Positions 1 through 8,869 of a DNA stretch of 64,000 bases are shown here, one piece after another. Numbering within the stretch: the first letter of the stretch is position 1; each line of letters starts with the position of its first letter. A program made the translations under genes and the position numbers. This DNA is from Parcubacteria group bacterium (GTDB taxonomy: Bacteria; Patescibacteriota; Minisyncoccia; UBA10092). The stretch lies in NCBI GenBank assembly GCA_016186325.1, contig JACPLW010000012.1, positions 18,644 to 82,643 on the forward strand, given 5' to 3'. The notes under the pieces are model-generated. The model was not told where the DNA came from, searched no databases, and saw only the letters and a list, made by a program, of their open reading frames with translations.

Positions 1-431
1 TAAATTTACAATACTTGAATCAGAAAGGGGAGAAAGAAAAAGTTACTATGGGATCATACGGAATCGGCTTGGGACGGACTATGGGAACTATAGTGGAAAT
101 TTATAACGATGAACGGGGTATAATCTGGCCGGAAGCGGTGGCGCCTTTTAAAATTCATCTTATTGAGATAAAAAGTGACGAGCCGGATGTTAAAAAAGAA
201 GCAGAAAAAACTTATAAATTATTAGTTGCCAAAGGCTTTGAGGTGCTATACGATGATCGCGACGATAAGAGTGCCGGCGAAAAATTTACCGACGCCGATT
301 TGATCGGAATACCTTGGAGGCTTGTCGTAAGCCAAAAAACACTCGAGAAGGAATCGATTGAGTTAAAACGCCGTGATCAGCAAGAAGTGAAAATTATAAA
401 AATTTTACAATTAATAAATTATAAATTTTGA
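1..431 (+). CDS. proS: Prolyl-tRNA synthetase, C-terminal part (runs off window start)
   Basis: MGSYGIGLGR motif 3, GIIWP..VAP and anticodon-binding domain (DDR..G.KF.DADLIGIP). Confidence 0.93.
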   Translation, partial: NLQYLNQKGEKEKVTMGSYGIGLGRTMGTIVEIYNDERGIIWPEAVAPFKIHLIEIKSDEPDVKKEAEKTYKLLVAKGFEVLYDDRDDKSAGEKFTDADLIGIPWRLVVSQKTLEKESIELKRRDQQEVKIIKILQLINYKF

Positions 432-440
432 ATTTATTTT

Positions 441-1472
441 ATGTTTGATCGGTTGTTTAAATTTTTTTCCCGCGATGTCGGAATTGACCTTGGCACGGCC
501 AATACTTTAATTTACGTAAGAGGTAGGGGCATAATTATTAACGAACCGTCAATCGTTGCCATTAATAAAAAAACTAATCAAGTTCTAAGCGTCGGGATTG
601 AGGCCAAAAAAATGGTCGGCCGGACGCCATCTCACATTGTCGCGGTAAGACCCTTAATAGAAGGAGTAATTTCTGACTTCGAAGTCACCGAACAAATGCT
701 CCGTTATTTTTTCAATAAAGTCCATAAAGATTCTTATAGTTTTTTGGTACGGCCGAGAATTGTTATCGGCATTCCTTCCGGCGTAACAGAAGTTGAACGC
801 CGGGCAGTGGAAGATGCCGCTCGCAATGCCGGCGCGAGAGAGGTTTATCTTGTCGAAGAGCCAATGGCGGCGGCTATCGGAGCCCGCCTCCCGATTTCTG
901 AAGCCGTGGGTAATATGATTGTGGATATTGGCGGCGGCACTACCGATATTGCCGTAATTTCTTTGGGAGGCATTGTTGCTTCGCGTAATTTAAGGATTGC
1001 CGGTGATAGAATGAATGAAGATATTGTTCAATATGTCCGCGATAAATTCCAACTTCTTTTAGGAGAAAAAAGCGCTGAAGAAATAAAAATTTTAATAGGT
1101 TCCGTTATCCCCTTGAAAGAACAGCTAACCGCTGTGGTCAGAGGTCGCGATCTTATAAGCGGCCTACCGAAAGAAATAGTAATTAACGACTCAGAGGTTA
1201 GAGAAGCCTTATTGTCATCTACCAATGCTATTATTTCAGAAATCCGCGATGTTGTTGAAGAAACCCCGCCGGAACTTGTAGCGGATTTAATGACAAGAGG
1301 CATAATTTTAGCCGGGGGCGGCACCTTGCTTCGGGGCTTGTCGGAACTTGTTTGCCAAACAGTAGGCATACCAACGAGACTTTCGGAAGATCCTCTTACT
1401 GCCGTTGTTCGCGGCTGCGGTATAATTCTTGAAGACGTGAACTCCTTAAAAGAAATTTTAGTGAACAGCTAA
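441..1472 (+). CDS. mreB: Rod shape-determining actin MreB
   Basis: IDLGTANT, VDIGGGTTD, LAGGG actin-fold motifs; first gene of the mre cluster. Confidence 0.97.
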   Translation: MFDRLFKFFSRDVGIDLGTANTLIYVRGRGIIINEPSIVAINKKTNQVLSVGIEAKKMVGRTPSHIVAVRPLIEGVISDFEVTEQMLRYFFNKVHKDSYSFLVRPRIVIGIPSGVTEVERRAVEDAARNAGAREVYLVEEPMAAAIGARLPISEAVGNMIVDIGGGTTDIAVISLGGIVASRNLRIAGDRMNEDIVQYVRDKFQLLLGEKSAEEIKILIGSVIPLKEQLTAVVRGRDLISGLPKEIVINDSEVREALLSSTNAIISEIRDVVEETPPELVADLMTRGIILAGGGTLLRGLSELVCQTVGIPTRLSEDPLTAVVRGCGIILEDVNSLKEILVNS

Positions 1473-1477
1473 TAAAA

Positions 1478-2275
1478 ATGGCGAGAGAGATTTTTACATT
1501 ATTTTTAATTCTTTTTTTTATAAGCCTGGTAATTATTTTTGCCGGTCAAACCCCGGCAGTTTTATTTTTAAAACAAATTTTTAGCGAAACACTGCGCCCA
1601 CTTGAAGTAATTTTGAGTGGTTTTAAAAATACTTTGTCTTTTTGGCAAACCGCAGTACTAAACATAAAACAACTTAAAGAATCAAACACCTCTTTAACCA
1701 ACGAAAATATTGAACTTTACGGTAAATTGGCAACGCTAAAAGAACTTGAGGAAGAAAATATTTTTTTAAGAGCGGGGCTTGACATTTCTAAAAAATTCAC
1801 CGAAATACGTCCGGCAGCCGTAATTGGACGAGATTTTGAAAATAATCGTTCATTCTTAATAAATAAGGGAAGCGATGACGGCATAGAGATTGGAATGATT
1901 GTTATCGGAATTGGAAAAACCGCCATAGGCAAAATAATTTACAGGAGCCGCAATACCGCCAAAGTCCAGACAATTTTAGATACTCAAAGCCAAATCGGCG
2001 CCGTAACTCTTAATACTAAAATTTTCGGCCTGGTTAGAGGCCTCGGTTCGGATATTGTTCTCGACTTAATCGCCAAAGATAAAAAGCCGGAAATGGACGA
2101 ATTGGTTATATCTTCGGGTACTGACGGCGTTTGGCCGCGAGGGCTTGTACTAGGAAAGGTAAAAAAAATAAAATCCGCAGATAATCAAATATTCAACTCT
2201 GCCGATTTGAAATTACCGATTGATTTCCAAAACTTTAACGATGTTTTCATCATAGTTAACGGGGAAAACCAATAA
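1478..2275 (+). CDS. mreC: Rod shape-determining protein MreC
   Basis: N-terminal TM, coiled coil, INKGS.DGI and SSG.DG..P.GL motifs; follows mreB. Confidence 0.92.
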   Translation: MAREIFTLFLILFFISLVIIFAGQTPAVLFLKQIFSETLRPLEVILSGFKNTLSFWQTAVLNIKQLKESNTSLTNENIELYGKLATLKELEEENIFLRAGLDISKKFTEIRPAAVIGRDFENNRSFLINKGSDDGIEIGMIVIGIGKTAIGKIIYRSRNTAKVQTILDTQSQIGAVTLNTKIFGLVRGLGSDIVLDLIAKDKKPEMDELVISSGTDGVWPRGLVLGKVKKIKSADNQIFNSADLKLPIDFQNFNDVFIIVNGENQ

Positions 2276-2802
2276 TGATTCCTTCAAAAAATAATTCCAA
2301 AAGTTTAAGGTCATTACTTTTGATTATATTGGCCTTATTGTTTTTAACGGCATTGCAAATTGCTTTTTTCAATCCGTCATCCTTTGGTTTAAATATTTTT
2401 TTAATTTTAATATTGGTTTTAGTTCTTATTAAACATAATAAAAGCGCGCTTTTCATCGGTTGGATATCGGGCCTTTTAATCGATACCGCGCGCTTTTCAA
2501 ATTTTGGAGAAAGCAGTTTGGTTTTTTTGATAACTATCCTCGCTCTTATTATAATTTTTAGAACGGTTTTTTTTATTTTAAAAACAGAAAATATTATTTT
2601 TATGGCATTTTTAACTGTTTTTTTATACCGCTTGATAGACTGGATTGTTTTAAACAGTTTTGCTTTATTAAAGCTCGGCGGTTTTGAAAATTTTAGTTAC
2701 TATTTTGTTCGCTGGAATTTTCCGATTGAAATTATTACAACAATTACTCTGACATTACTTATTTTTAAATCTTTTAATTTTGAAAATGGGAAAAAAATCT
2801 AA
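2275..2802 (+). CDS. mreD: Rod shape-determining membrane protein MreD
   Basis: Multi-TM protein with G...GLL.D motif between mreC and PBP2. Confidence 0.8.
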   Translation: MIPSKNNSKSLRSLLLIILALLFLTALQIAFFNPSSFGLNIFLILILVLVLIKHNKSALFIGWISGLLIDTARFSNFGESSLVFLITILALIIIFRTVFFILKTENIIFMAFLTVFLYRLIDWIVLNSFALLKLGGFENFSYYFVRWNFPIEIITTITLTLLIFKSFNFENGKKI

Positions 2803-4693
2803 AATTTCTATCGCTCAAATTGAACCGGAAGAAATTCTCCTGGACAAAGAGTCGGTATCAAAGTTAGAAACGCCTTTAGAAAAAACCCGTGGAGCTATAA
2901 TTTTTTTTGTCGCTTTCATTATTCTGTCATCGTTTTTAAGCAGGGCTTTTTGGTTGCAAATTTGGCAAGGCGATTATTATGCGAGTCGCGCAATTAGAAA
3001 CAATGTCCGTCTTTATCCCATTCAGGCGCCGCGCGGCCTTATTTACGATAGGAATAATAAACTGCTTTTGGATAACGCGGCTAATTTTAACCTGCTTCTT
3101 GTTCCAGCTGACATTCCAAAAAAAGACGAAGCCTTGAAAAATTGGGTAAAAAAACTTTCCGAAATTTCAAATAAACGTGAGGATGAAATTTTCGATTTTC
3201 TCAAAACAGTAAACGTCGGGTCAACGGAGCCGGTTTCATTTTCTTCAAATTTAAATAAAGATGAACTGATCGCAATAGAAACGAAATTGAGAGACGCTCC
3301 CGGTATTTTTATCAGACGAGAAACAAAGCGCGACTATTTTGAAAATTACTATTTTTCTCATTTACTGGGATTCTTGGGAAAAGTTTCTGGCGCCGACCTT
3401 AAGTCCGATTCTTTTTACACGCCGCTAAATTTTATCGGTAAAACCGGACTTGAACTGCAATATGAAAACGATTTAAGAGGAAAGCCCGGTAAAACTGCCG
3501 TCATTGTGGATTCCGATAACACGGTCTTAAATATCTTAACCGCCGAAGAACCGATGCCGGGCAATAATTTAATTTTAAGCATAGATAAGGACCTTCAAAA
3601 ACTTTTAACCGACGCTTTGACGGAAAAAATGGCGGATACGATTTCGCCAGCCGCTGCCGCCGTTATAATAAATCCGAAATCCGGAGAAATTTTATCGCTT
3701 GTCAGCCTGCCTTCGTTTGACAGCAATCTTTTCAATAGCGGTCTAAGCGATAAAACATATGGCGCTTTGGCAAGCGATAAAAAGCAGCCGTTTTTTAATC
3801 GCGCTATCGGCGGTACCTACGCTTCCGGTTCAACGATAAAACCGTTTATGGCCGCCGCGGCTTTAAACGAAAATATTGTTTCTCCAGAATATAAAATTGA
3901 CGACACCTTAGGCTACATAACTATTCCCAACCAATATGACCCCGATATATCTTATATCTTTCGTGACTGGAAAGCGCACGGATTTGTTGATATGCGCCGC
4001 GCCATTGCCGTATCGGCCAATGTTTATTTTTATGTAATCGGCGGCGGTTATAAAAATATAAAAGGACTGGGAATTGACAGGATTGATAAATATTTTAAGC
4101 TTTTTGGATTTGGATCGTCTCTTGGCATTGATCTGCCGGGTGAAACTAATGGGCTAGTGCCAAATCCTGCTTGGAAAAAATCCTCAAAAAATGAAAGCTG
4201 GTTTACCGGCGATACTTACAATGTTTCCATCGGACAAGGCGATGTTTTAATAACACCTCTTCAGCTTGCTGCGGCGATTTCGGTAATTGCAAATAACGGA
4301 ACGCTTTACAAGCCAAAAATTGTTTCAAAAATAACCGATAATAATGGAAATACTATAGGAAAATTTGAGCCGGAAATAATAAGAAACGTTAATATCGATA
4401 AGGAGAAGCTTCAAATCGTAAGAGAGGGAATGAGAGGAGCCGTAACAGAAGGTTCGGCATATCTTTTAAACGATCTGTTAATTGAGGTGGCGGGAAAAAC
4501 CGGTACCGCCCAAGTAACCAATACGTTTAGAAAAACCAACGCTTGGTTTACCGGTTTTGCTCCTTATGACAACCCGGAAATTGCTCTGGCTATAGTTATT
4601 GAAGGCGCCGGCGAAGGCTCGTCGGCAGCCGTTCCGGTTGCTAAGAGAGTTTTTGAGTGGTATTACAACCAGAATTATGATAAACTAAAATGA
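2786..4693 (+). CDS. mrdA: Penicillin-binding protein 2
   Basis: APRG.I.DRN, GSTIKP (SxxK), SANV (SxN), GKTGTAQ (KTG); ATG at 2786 preferred over TTG at 2780. Confidence 0.95.
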   Translation: MGKKSKISIAQIEPEEILLDKESVSKLETPLEKTRGAIIFFVAFIILSSFLSRAFWLQIWQGDYYASRAIRNNVRLYPIQAPRGLIYDRNNKLLLDNAANFNLLLVPADIPKKDEALKNWVKKLSEISNKREDEIFDFLKTVNVGSTEPVSFSSNLNKDELIAIETKLRDAPGIFIRRETKRDYFENYYFSHLLGFLGKVSGADLKSDSFYTPLNFIGKTGLELQYENDLRGKPGKTAVIVDSDNTVLNILTAEEPMPGNNLILSIDKDLQKLLTDALTEKMADTISPAAAAVIINPKSGEILSLVSLPSFDSNLFNSGLSDKTYGALASDKKQPFFNRAIGGTYASGSTIKPFMAAAALNENIVSPEYKIDDTLGYITIPNQYDPDISYIFRDWKAHGFVDMRRAIAVSANVYFYVIGGGYKNIKGLGIDRIDKYFKLFGFGSSLGIDLPGETNGLVPNPAWKKSSKNESWFTGDTYNVSIGQGDVLITPLQLAAAISVIANNGTLYKPKIVSKITDNNGNTIGKFEPEIIRNVNIDKEKLQIVREGMRGAVTEGSAYLLNDLLIEVAGKTGTAQVTNTFRKTNAWFTGFAPYDNPEIALAIVIEGAGEGSSAAVPVAKRVFEWYYNQNYDKLK

Positions 4694-4708
4694 CGAATAT
4701 GTGGGCTG

Positions 4709-4743
4709 TCCCGCAGTTGCCTGCCTACCGCAGGCAGGCGGGA
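4709..4743. repeat. Nested palindromic repeats: CCTGCCTACCGCAGGCAGG (4720-4738) inside TCCCGCAGTTG|CGGGA
   Basis: Both motifs recur separately elsewhere (25789; 8839, 46011, 59239, 59466). Confidence 0.8.
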
Positions 4744-4797
4744 TGCTCATAAATTTAGCTAAAATTTATTCACTTCGTTCTAAATTATTAGAAATTT

Positions 4798-5265
4798 ATG
4801 GCAAATCAAACTTACTTAAGCCTTGAAGGCATTGAGACGCTTAAAAAAGAGCTTCAAGAACTAAAAACAAAAAAACGGCAAGAAATTGCCAAGCGCCTTC
4901 AGGAAGCTAAAGACTTGGGCGATCTTTCTGAAAACGCGGAATATTTTGAGGCCAAGGAAGCACAATCGTTAAATGAGTCGCGAATTGGAGAACTGGAAGA
5001 ACTTTTAAAAAACGCGGTTATTATTGAAGAACCCAGTGAAGAGAACACTGTTAATATTGGCTCAACAATTGAGGTAAAATCTACTACCAACGGCATAGAA
5101 CGTTTTAGTATTGTCGGTTCTGCCGAAGCCAGGCCACAAGAAGGAAAAATTTCAAATGAATCGCCGTTGGGACGCTCTTTTTTAAATCGGAAAATAGGTG
5201 AGGAAGTAGAAGTTAAAAGCCCCGGCGGAACTACGAAATATAAAATAATTAAAATTGAGAAATAA
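4798..5265 (+). CDS. greA: Transcription elongation factor GreA
   Basis: GDLSENAEY and ISNESPLG motifs. Confidence 0.97.
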   Translation: MANQTYLSLEGIETLKKELQELKTKKRQEIAKRLQEAKDLGDLSENAEYFEAKEAQSLNESRIGELEELLKNAVIIEEPSEENTVNIGSTIEVKSTTNGIERFSIVGSAEARPQEGKISNESPLGRSFLNRKIGEEVEVKSPGGTTKYKIIKIEK

Positions 5266-5270
5266 TCAGC

Positions 5271-6632
5271 ATGCCGACATTAGAAGAGCTTCGACAAACA
5301 AGAATCCAAAAGCTTGAAAACATCAGAGATGAAAAGAAAAATCCATATCCGTCACAGATTAAGCGCGATTATCGAATCAAGGAAGTTATTAATAAATTCT
5401 GGATTTGGCGTCTAACCAAAAAAGAATTTTATTTAACGGGAAGGATAAAAACTCAGCGTATTCACGGTCGGGTGGCATTTTTCGACCTTGAAGACGGTAG
5501 CGGGAAAATCCAAGGCCTTTTAAGCCCTGCCGACCTGGCCGATAAAAAATCTTACGATGAGTTTATTAGTGATTATGATATTGGCGATTTTGTTGAAATT
5601 AAAGGATCTCTTTTTAAAACTAAAAAATGTGAAAAAACAATCCGGATAAAAGAAATAAGAATGATCGCCAAGTCCCTACGGCCTTTGCCTGAAAAATGGC
5701 ATGGTCTGAAAGATACCGAGGAGCGCTACCGAAAAAGATATCTGGACCTCTTGATGAGTAGTGAGATAAGAGAAAAATTTTTAAAACGCTCTGAAATTAT
5801 CAGAGAAATTAGGAATTTTTTGGGTGAACGAGATTTTAATGAATTTGAAACCCCTATGCTCCAAATAATTCCCGGAGGCGCCTCGGCCAGGCCTTTTAAA
5901 ACACATTTAAACGCGCTTGATATGGACCTATATTTACGAATAGCGCCGGAACTTTATTTAAAACGGCTTTTAGTCGGAGGTTTTGAAAAAGTTTATGAAA
6001 TAGGCCGTAATTTCCGAAACGAAGGAATGGATGCCGCCCACAATCCCGAATTCACAATGCTTGAGACCTATATCGCCTACAAAGATTCTCGCTATTTAGA
6101 GTATTTTATTCAGGAATTATTTGAATACCTGATTAAAAAATTAAATAACGGCAATTTGGTCATAGAATATGAAAACAATCGTATTGATTTCAGTAAACCT
6201 TGGCACCAAAAAAATTACGATAAACTGATAAAAGAATACGGCGATTTTGACATCGCCAAGAAAAATCTTATCCAGCCAACTTTTGTTGTTGGCTTTCCGG
6301 CCGAACTTTTACCGCTTTCCAAAACAACGGAAAAAGATAGCTCCAAGGCCGACGCTTTTCAAGTTTTTATCGGAGGTTTAGAGTTGGTTAAGGGATACAG
6401 CGAGCTAAATGATCCTATAAAACAACAAAAAAGATTTGAAGAACAAGAAAACCTAAGATTAAATAACGAAGAAGCCCAACGACTTGATGAAGATTTTTTA
6501 GAATCTCTAGAATACGGAATGCCGCCGGCCGCTGGATTTGGAATGGGTATTGACAGATTGGCGATGCTACTCACAAATTCCCACACCGCGAGAGAAATCA
6601 TATTATTTCCAACAATGAAACCTAAGGAATAA
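5271..6632 (+). CDS. lysS: Lysyl-tRNA synthetase (class II, compact)
   Basis: LRPLPEKWHGL, YLRIAPELYLKRL, FRNEG, GMPP.AG.GMGIDRL. Confidence 0.97.
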   Translation: MPTLEELRQTRIQKLENIRDEKKNPYPSQIKRDYRIKEVINKFWIWRLTKKEFYLTGRIKTQRIHGRVAFFDLEDGSGKIQGLLSPADLADKKSYDEFISDYDIGDFVEIKGSLFKTKKCEKTIRIKEIRMIAKSLRPLPEKWHGLKDTEERYRKRYLDLLMSSEIREKFLKRSEIIREIRNFLGERDFNEFETPMLQIIPGGASARPFKTHLNALDMDLYLRIAPELYLKRLLVGGFEKVYEIGRNFRNEGMDAAHNPEFTMLETYIAYKDSRYLEYFIQELFEYLIKKLNNGNLVIEYENNRIDFSKPWHQKNYDKLIKEYGDFDIAKKNLIQPTFVVGFPAELLPLSKTTEKDSSKADAFQVFIGGLELVKGYSELNDPIKQQKRFEEQENLRLNNEEAQRLDEDFLESLEYGMPPAAGFGMGIDRLAMLLTNSHTAREIILFPTMKPKE

Positions 6633-6637
6633 AATTT

Positions 6638-7852
6638 ATGCTTGATATAAAATACATAAAAGAAAATAAAAAGGAAACTATAAAAGGCATAAAAGCCAAA
6701 GGTTTTGATGCCGATATTGATTTGCTTTTGGAACTTAATGAAGAAAGGGGGATTTTTAGGAAAAAAATGGAAGAATTAAACACAGAGCGCAAAAAAGCCG
6801 CGGAAGTCAAAGGTATTGAACAAGGAAAACAAATTAAAATTTCGCTCGCGAAAATTGAGAGTGAAGAGAAAATTATTGATAAAAAAATTAATGACATTTT
6901 GAAAAAATTGCCTAATTTACCGTTGTCAGAAGTTCCGGTCGGTAAAGATGAAAGCGATAATATAGTTTTAAGAGAAATATGGGAAAAGACGGAATTTAAT
7001 TTTCCGGTCAAAGATTATATGGCTCTTAACGAAAAACTTGGTTGGATAGACACGGAACGGGCCGGTAAGGCCATCGGCAGTCGATTCGGGTATCTTTTGC
7101 GTGATGCCGTAGATTTAGAATTCGCCCTTATACGTTTTGCTTTTGACGTTTTAAAAAAAGAAAACTTTATTCCAATAGTGCCGCCGGTATTTCTAAAGCC
7201 GGAAGCAATGCGGGGGATGGGATATCTGGATTATAACGAAGACGAAGTTTATCACCTTGAAAAAGACGGTTTGTATTTAATAGGCACCTCGGAGCAAGCC
7301 ATCGGCGCGATGCATATGAATGAAATTTTTAGCGAAAAAGAATTACCTCTACGCTATGCCGGATTTTCTTCCTGTTTTAGGCGTGAAGCCGGTTCGTATG
7401 GCAAAGATACTAAGGGAATTTTGCGCGTCCATCAGTTTGATAAGATTGAAATGTTTAGTTTCACAAAACCGGAAGATTCGCGAAAAGAACACGAATTTCT
7501 TCTTTCAATGGAAGAGAAATTAATGCAGGCGCTCCAAATTCCTTATCGCGTGCTTCAGATTTGCACAGGCGATTTAGGTGTTCAGGCGGCTAATAAATAT
7601 GATATAGAAGCATGGCTTCCGGGCCAAAATCAGTATCGCGAAACTCATTCGACTTCAAATGACACAGATTTCCAATCGCGCCGTCTGGGAATAAAATATA
7701 AAAATTACGAAACGGGAAAGAATGAATTTGTCCACACTCTTAATGGCACGGCTTTTGCCATCGGCCGAATGATTATCGCCATAATGGAAAATTATCAGCA
7801 AGAAGACGGCAGTATAAAGATCCCGACGGTTCTGGAAGGATATATCAAATAA
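6638..7852 (+). CDS. serS: Seryl-tRNA synthetase
   Basis: MLDIK start, GTSE, CFRREAG, RVHQF.K.E, HTLNGT. Confidence 0.97.
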   Translation: MLDIKYIKENKKETIKGIKAKGFDADIDLLLELNEERGIFRKKMEELNTERKKAAEVKGIEQGKQIKISLAKIESEEKIIDKKINDILKKLPNLPLSEVPVGKDESDNIVLREIWEKTEFNFPVKDYMALNEKLGWIDTERAGKAIGSRFGYLLRDAVDLEFALIRFAFDVLKKENFIPIVPPVFLKPEAMRGMGYLDYNEDEVYHLEKDGLYLIGTSEQAIGAMHMNEIFSEKELPLRYAGFSSCFRREAGSYGKDTKGILRVHQFDKIEMFSFTKPEDSRKEHEFLLSMEEKLMQALQIPYRVLQICTGDLGVQAANKYDIEAWLPGQNQYRETHSTSNDTDFQSRRLGIKYKNYETGKNEFVHTLNGTAFAIGRMIIAIMENYQQEDGSIKIPTVLEGYIK

Positions 7853-7877
7853 ACTTCTCCATTAAAAGTACAAGCAC

Positions 7878-8669
7878 ATGCCTTCAAGCCGATACTACCG
7901 TTTCAAAACAGCAGACGAACAAGAAAAGAAAGAGAAATCTAAAACAAGGCTTTTTTGGAGCGCTTTTACGATTGCGTTACTTACAATAATCTGGTCGTTC
8001 TTCATGTCGCCATTTTTAAAAATTACCGAAATCCATATTCCCGAAAACGATGTTGTGACAAAAGAAGACATTAACAGATTAATAGCCGATAGTTTGCCGC
8101 TTAAAATCGGAATAAATATTTTACTTCTTCCGGGCGGCCGCCTTAAGGCGGATATGGCCGCTGCTTTTCCCACCATCACTAACTTAAAGATTAACAAAAA
8201 ATTATTCCACACTGTTGTAATCGGGTTCGAAAAAAGAGTGCAAATCGGATTCTGGTGTAATGAATTAAATTGCTATTCTTTTGATAAAGACGGAATTATT
8301 TTTAAAGAAGCGCCGATAAGCGAGGGATCGCTAATACTTAAAATAAAAGACTTCGAAAAAAAATCTGTTTCGATAGGCGATAAAATTTTGGATGATAGCA
8401 GTTTGAAATTCATTCTTTCTTTCAACGATACGGTGGAAAAATCCGGTCTTTTTAAAATTGGTGAATTTAAAATCAAACCGGCTTCCAATATTGATTTAGA
8501 AGCCGTAGTTGATGGCAATTGGTCTATTTATCTAGACTCGGCGCAAAGTCCGGAAATAGAGGCGTCAAACCTCTTCACGGTTGTAAACGAAGCGCTGAAA
8601 AATAAGTTAAATAGTTTATCCTACATTGACCTAAGAGTTCCCAGCCGGATTTTTTACAAATTAAAATAG
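7878..8669 (+). CDS. ftsQ: Cell division protein FtsQ/DivIB-like
   Basis: Basic N-terminus, single TM, POTRA-like region, C-terminal YIDLR motif. Confidence 0.75.
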   Translation: MPSSRYYRFKTADEQEKKEKSKTRLFWSAFTIALLTIIWSFFMSPFLKITEIHIPENDVVTKEDINRLIADSLPLKIGINILLLPGGRLKADMAAAFPTITNLKINKKLFHTVVIGFEKRVQIGFWCNELNCYSFDKDGIIFKEAPISEGSLILKIKDFEKKSVSIGDKILDDSSLKFILSFNDTVEKSGLFKIGEFKIKPASNIDLEAVVDGNWSIYLDSAQSPEIEASNLFTVVNEALKNKLNSLSYIDLRVPSRIFYKLK

Positions 8670-8672
8670 CAT

Positions 8673-8700
8673 TTGACAAATCCTGTGGGTTTGATATAAT
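8673..8700 (+). promoter_or_regulatory. Sigma70-type promoter TTGACA-N16-TATAAT with extended -10 TG
   Basis: TTGACA 8673-8678, TGA-TATAAT 8692-8700. Confidence 0.75.
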
Positions 8701-8707
8701 GAATAAT

Positions 8708-8869
8708 ACCGGTTCGGGATGGTCTCGGCCGGATAGAAAAACCTCAGACTCAGAGGAGATCGCTATGAGGGCTCCGCCTTCGTTCGCGTTCGACGCGTCC
8801 CTTTCGTAACACACGTCGGCGCCGTCGGCTACACCCCGTCCCGCAACTGCGGGACGGGGCACTTTTTTT
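8708..8869 (+). ncRNA. Candidate small RNA or mini-ORF transcript (MRAPPSFAFDASLS, 8765-8809)
   Basis: GC-rich, several hairpins, lies between a consensus promoter and an intrinsic terminator. Confidence 0.45.
8834..8869 (+). terminator. Intrinsic terminator built on the CCCGCAACTGCGGG palindrome
   Basis: CCCCGTCCCGC-AACT-GCGGGACGGGG followed by a T-tract. Confidence 0.8.
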
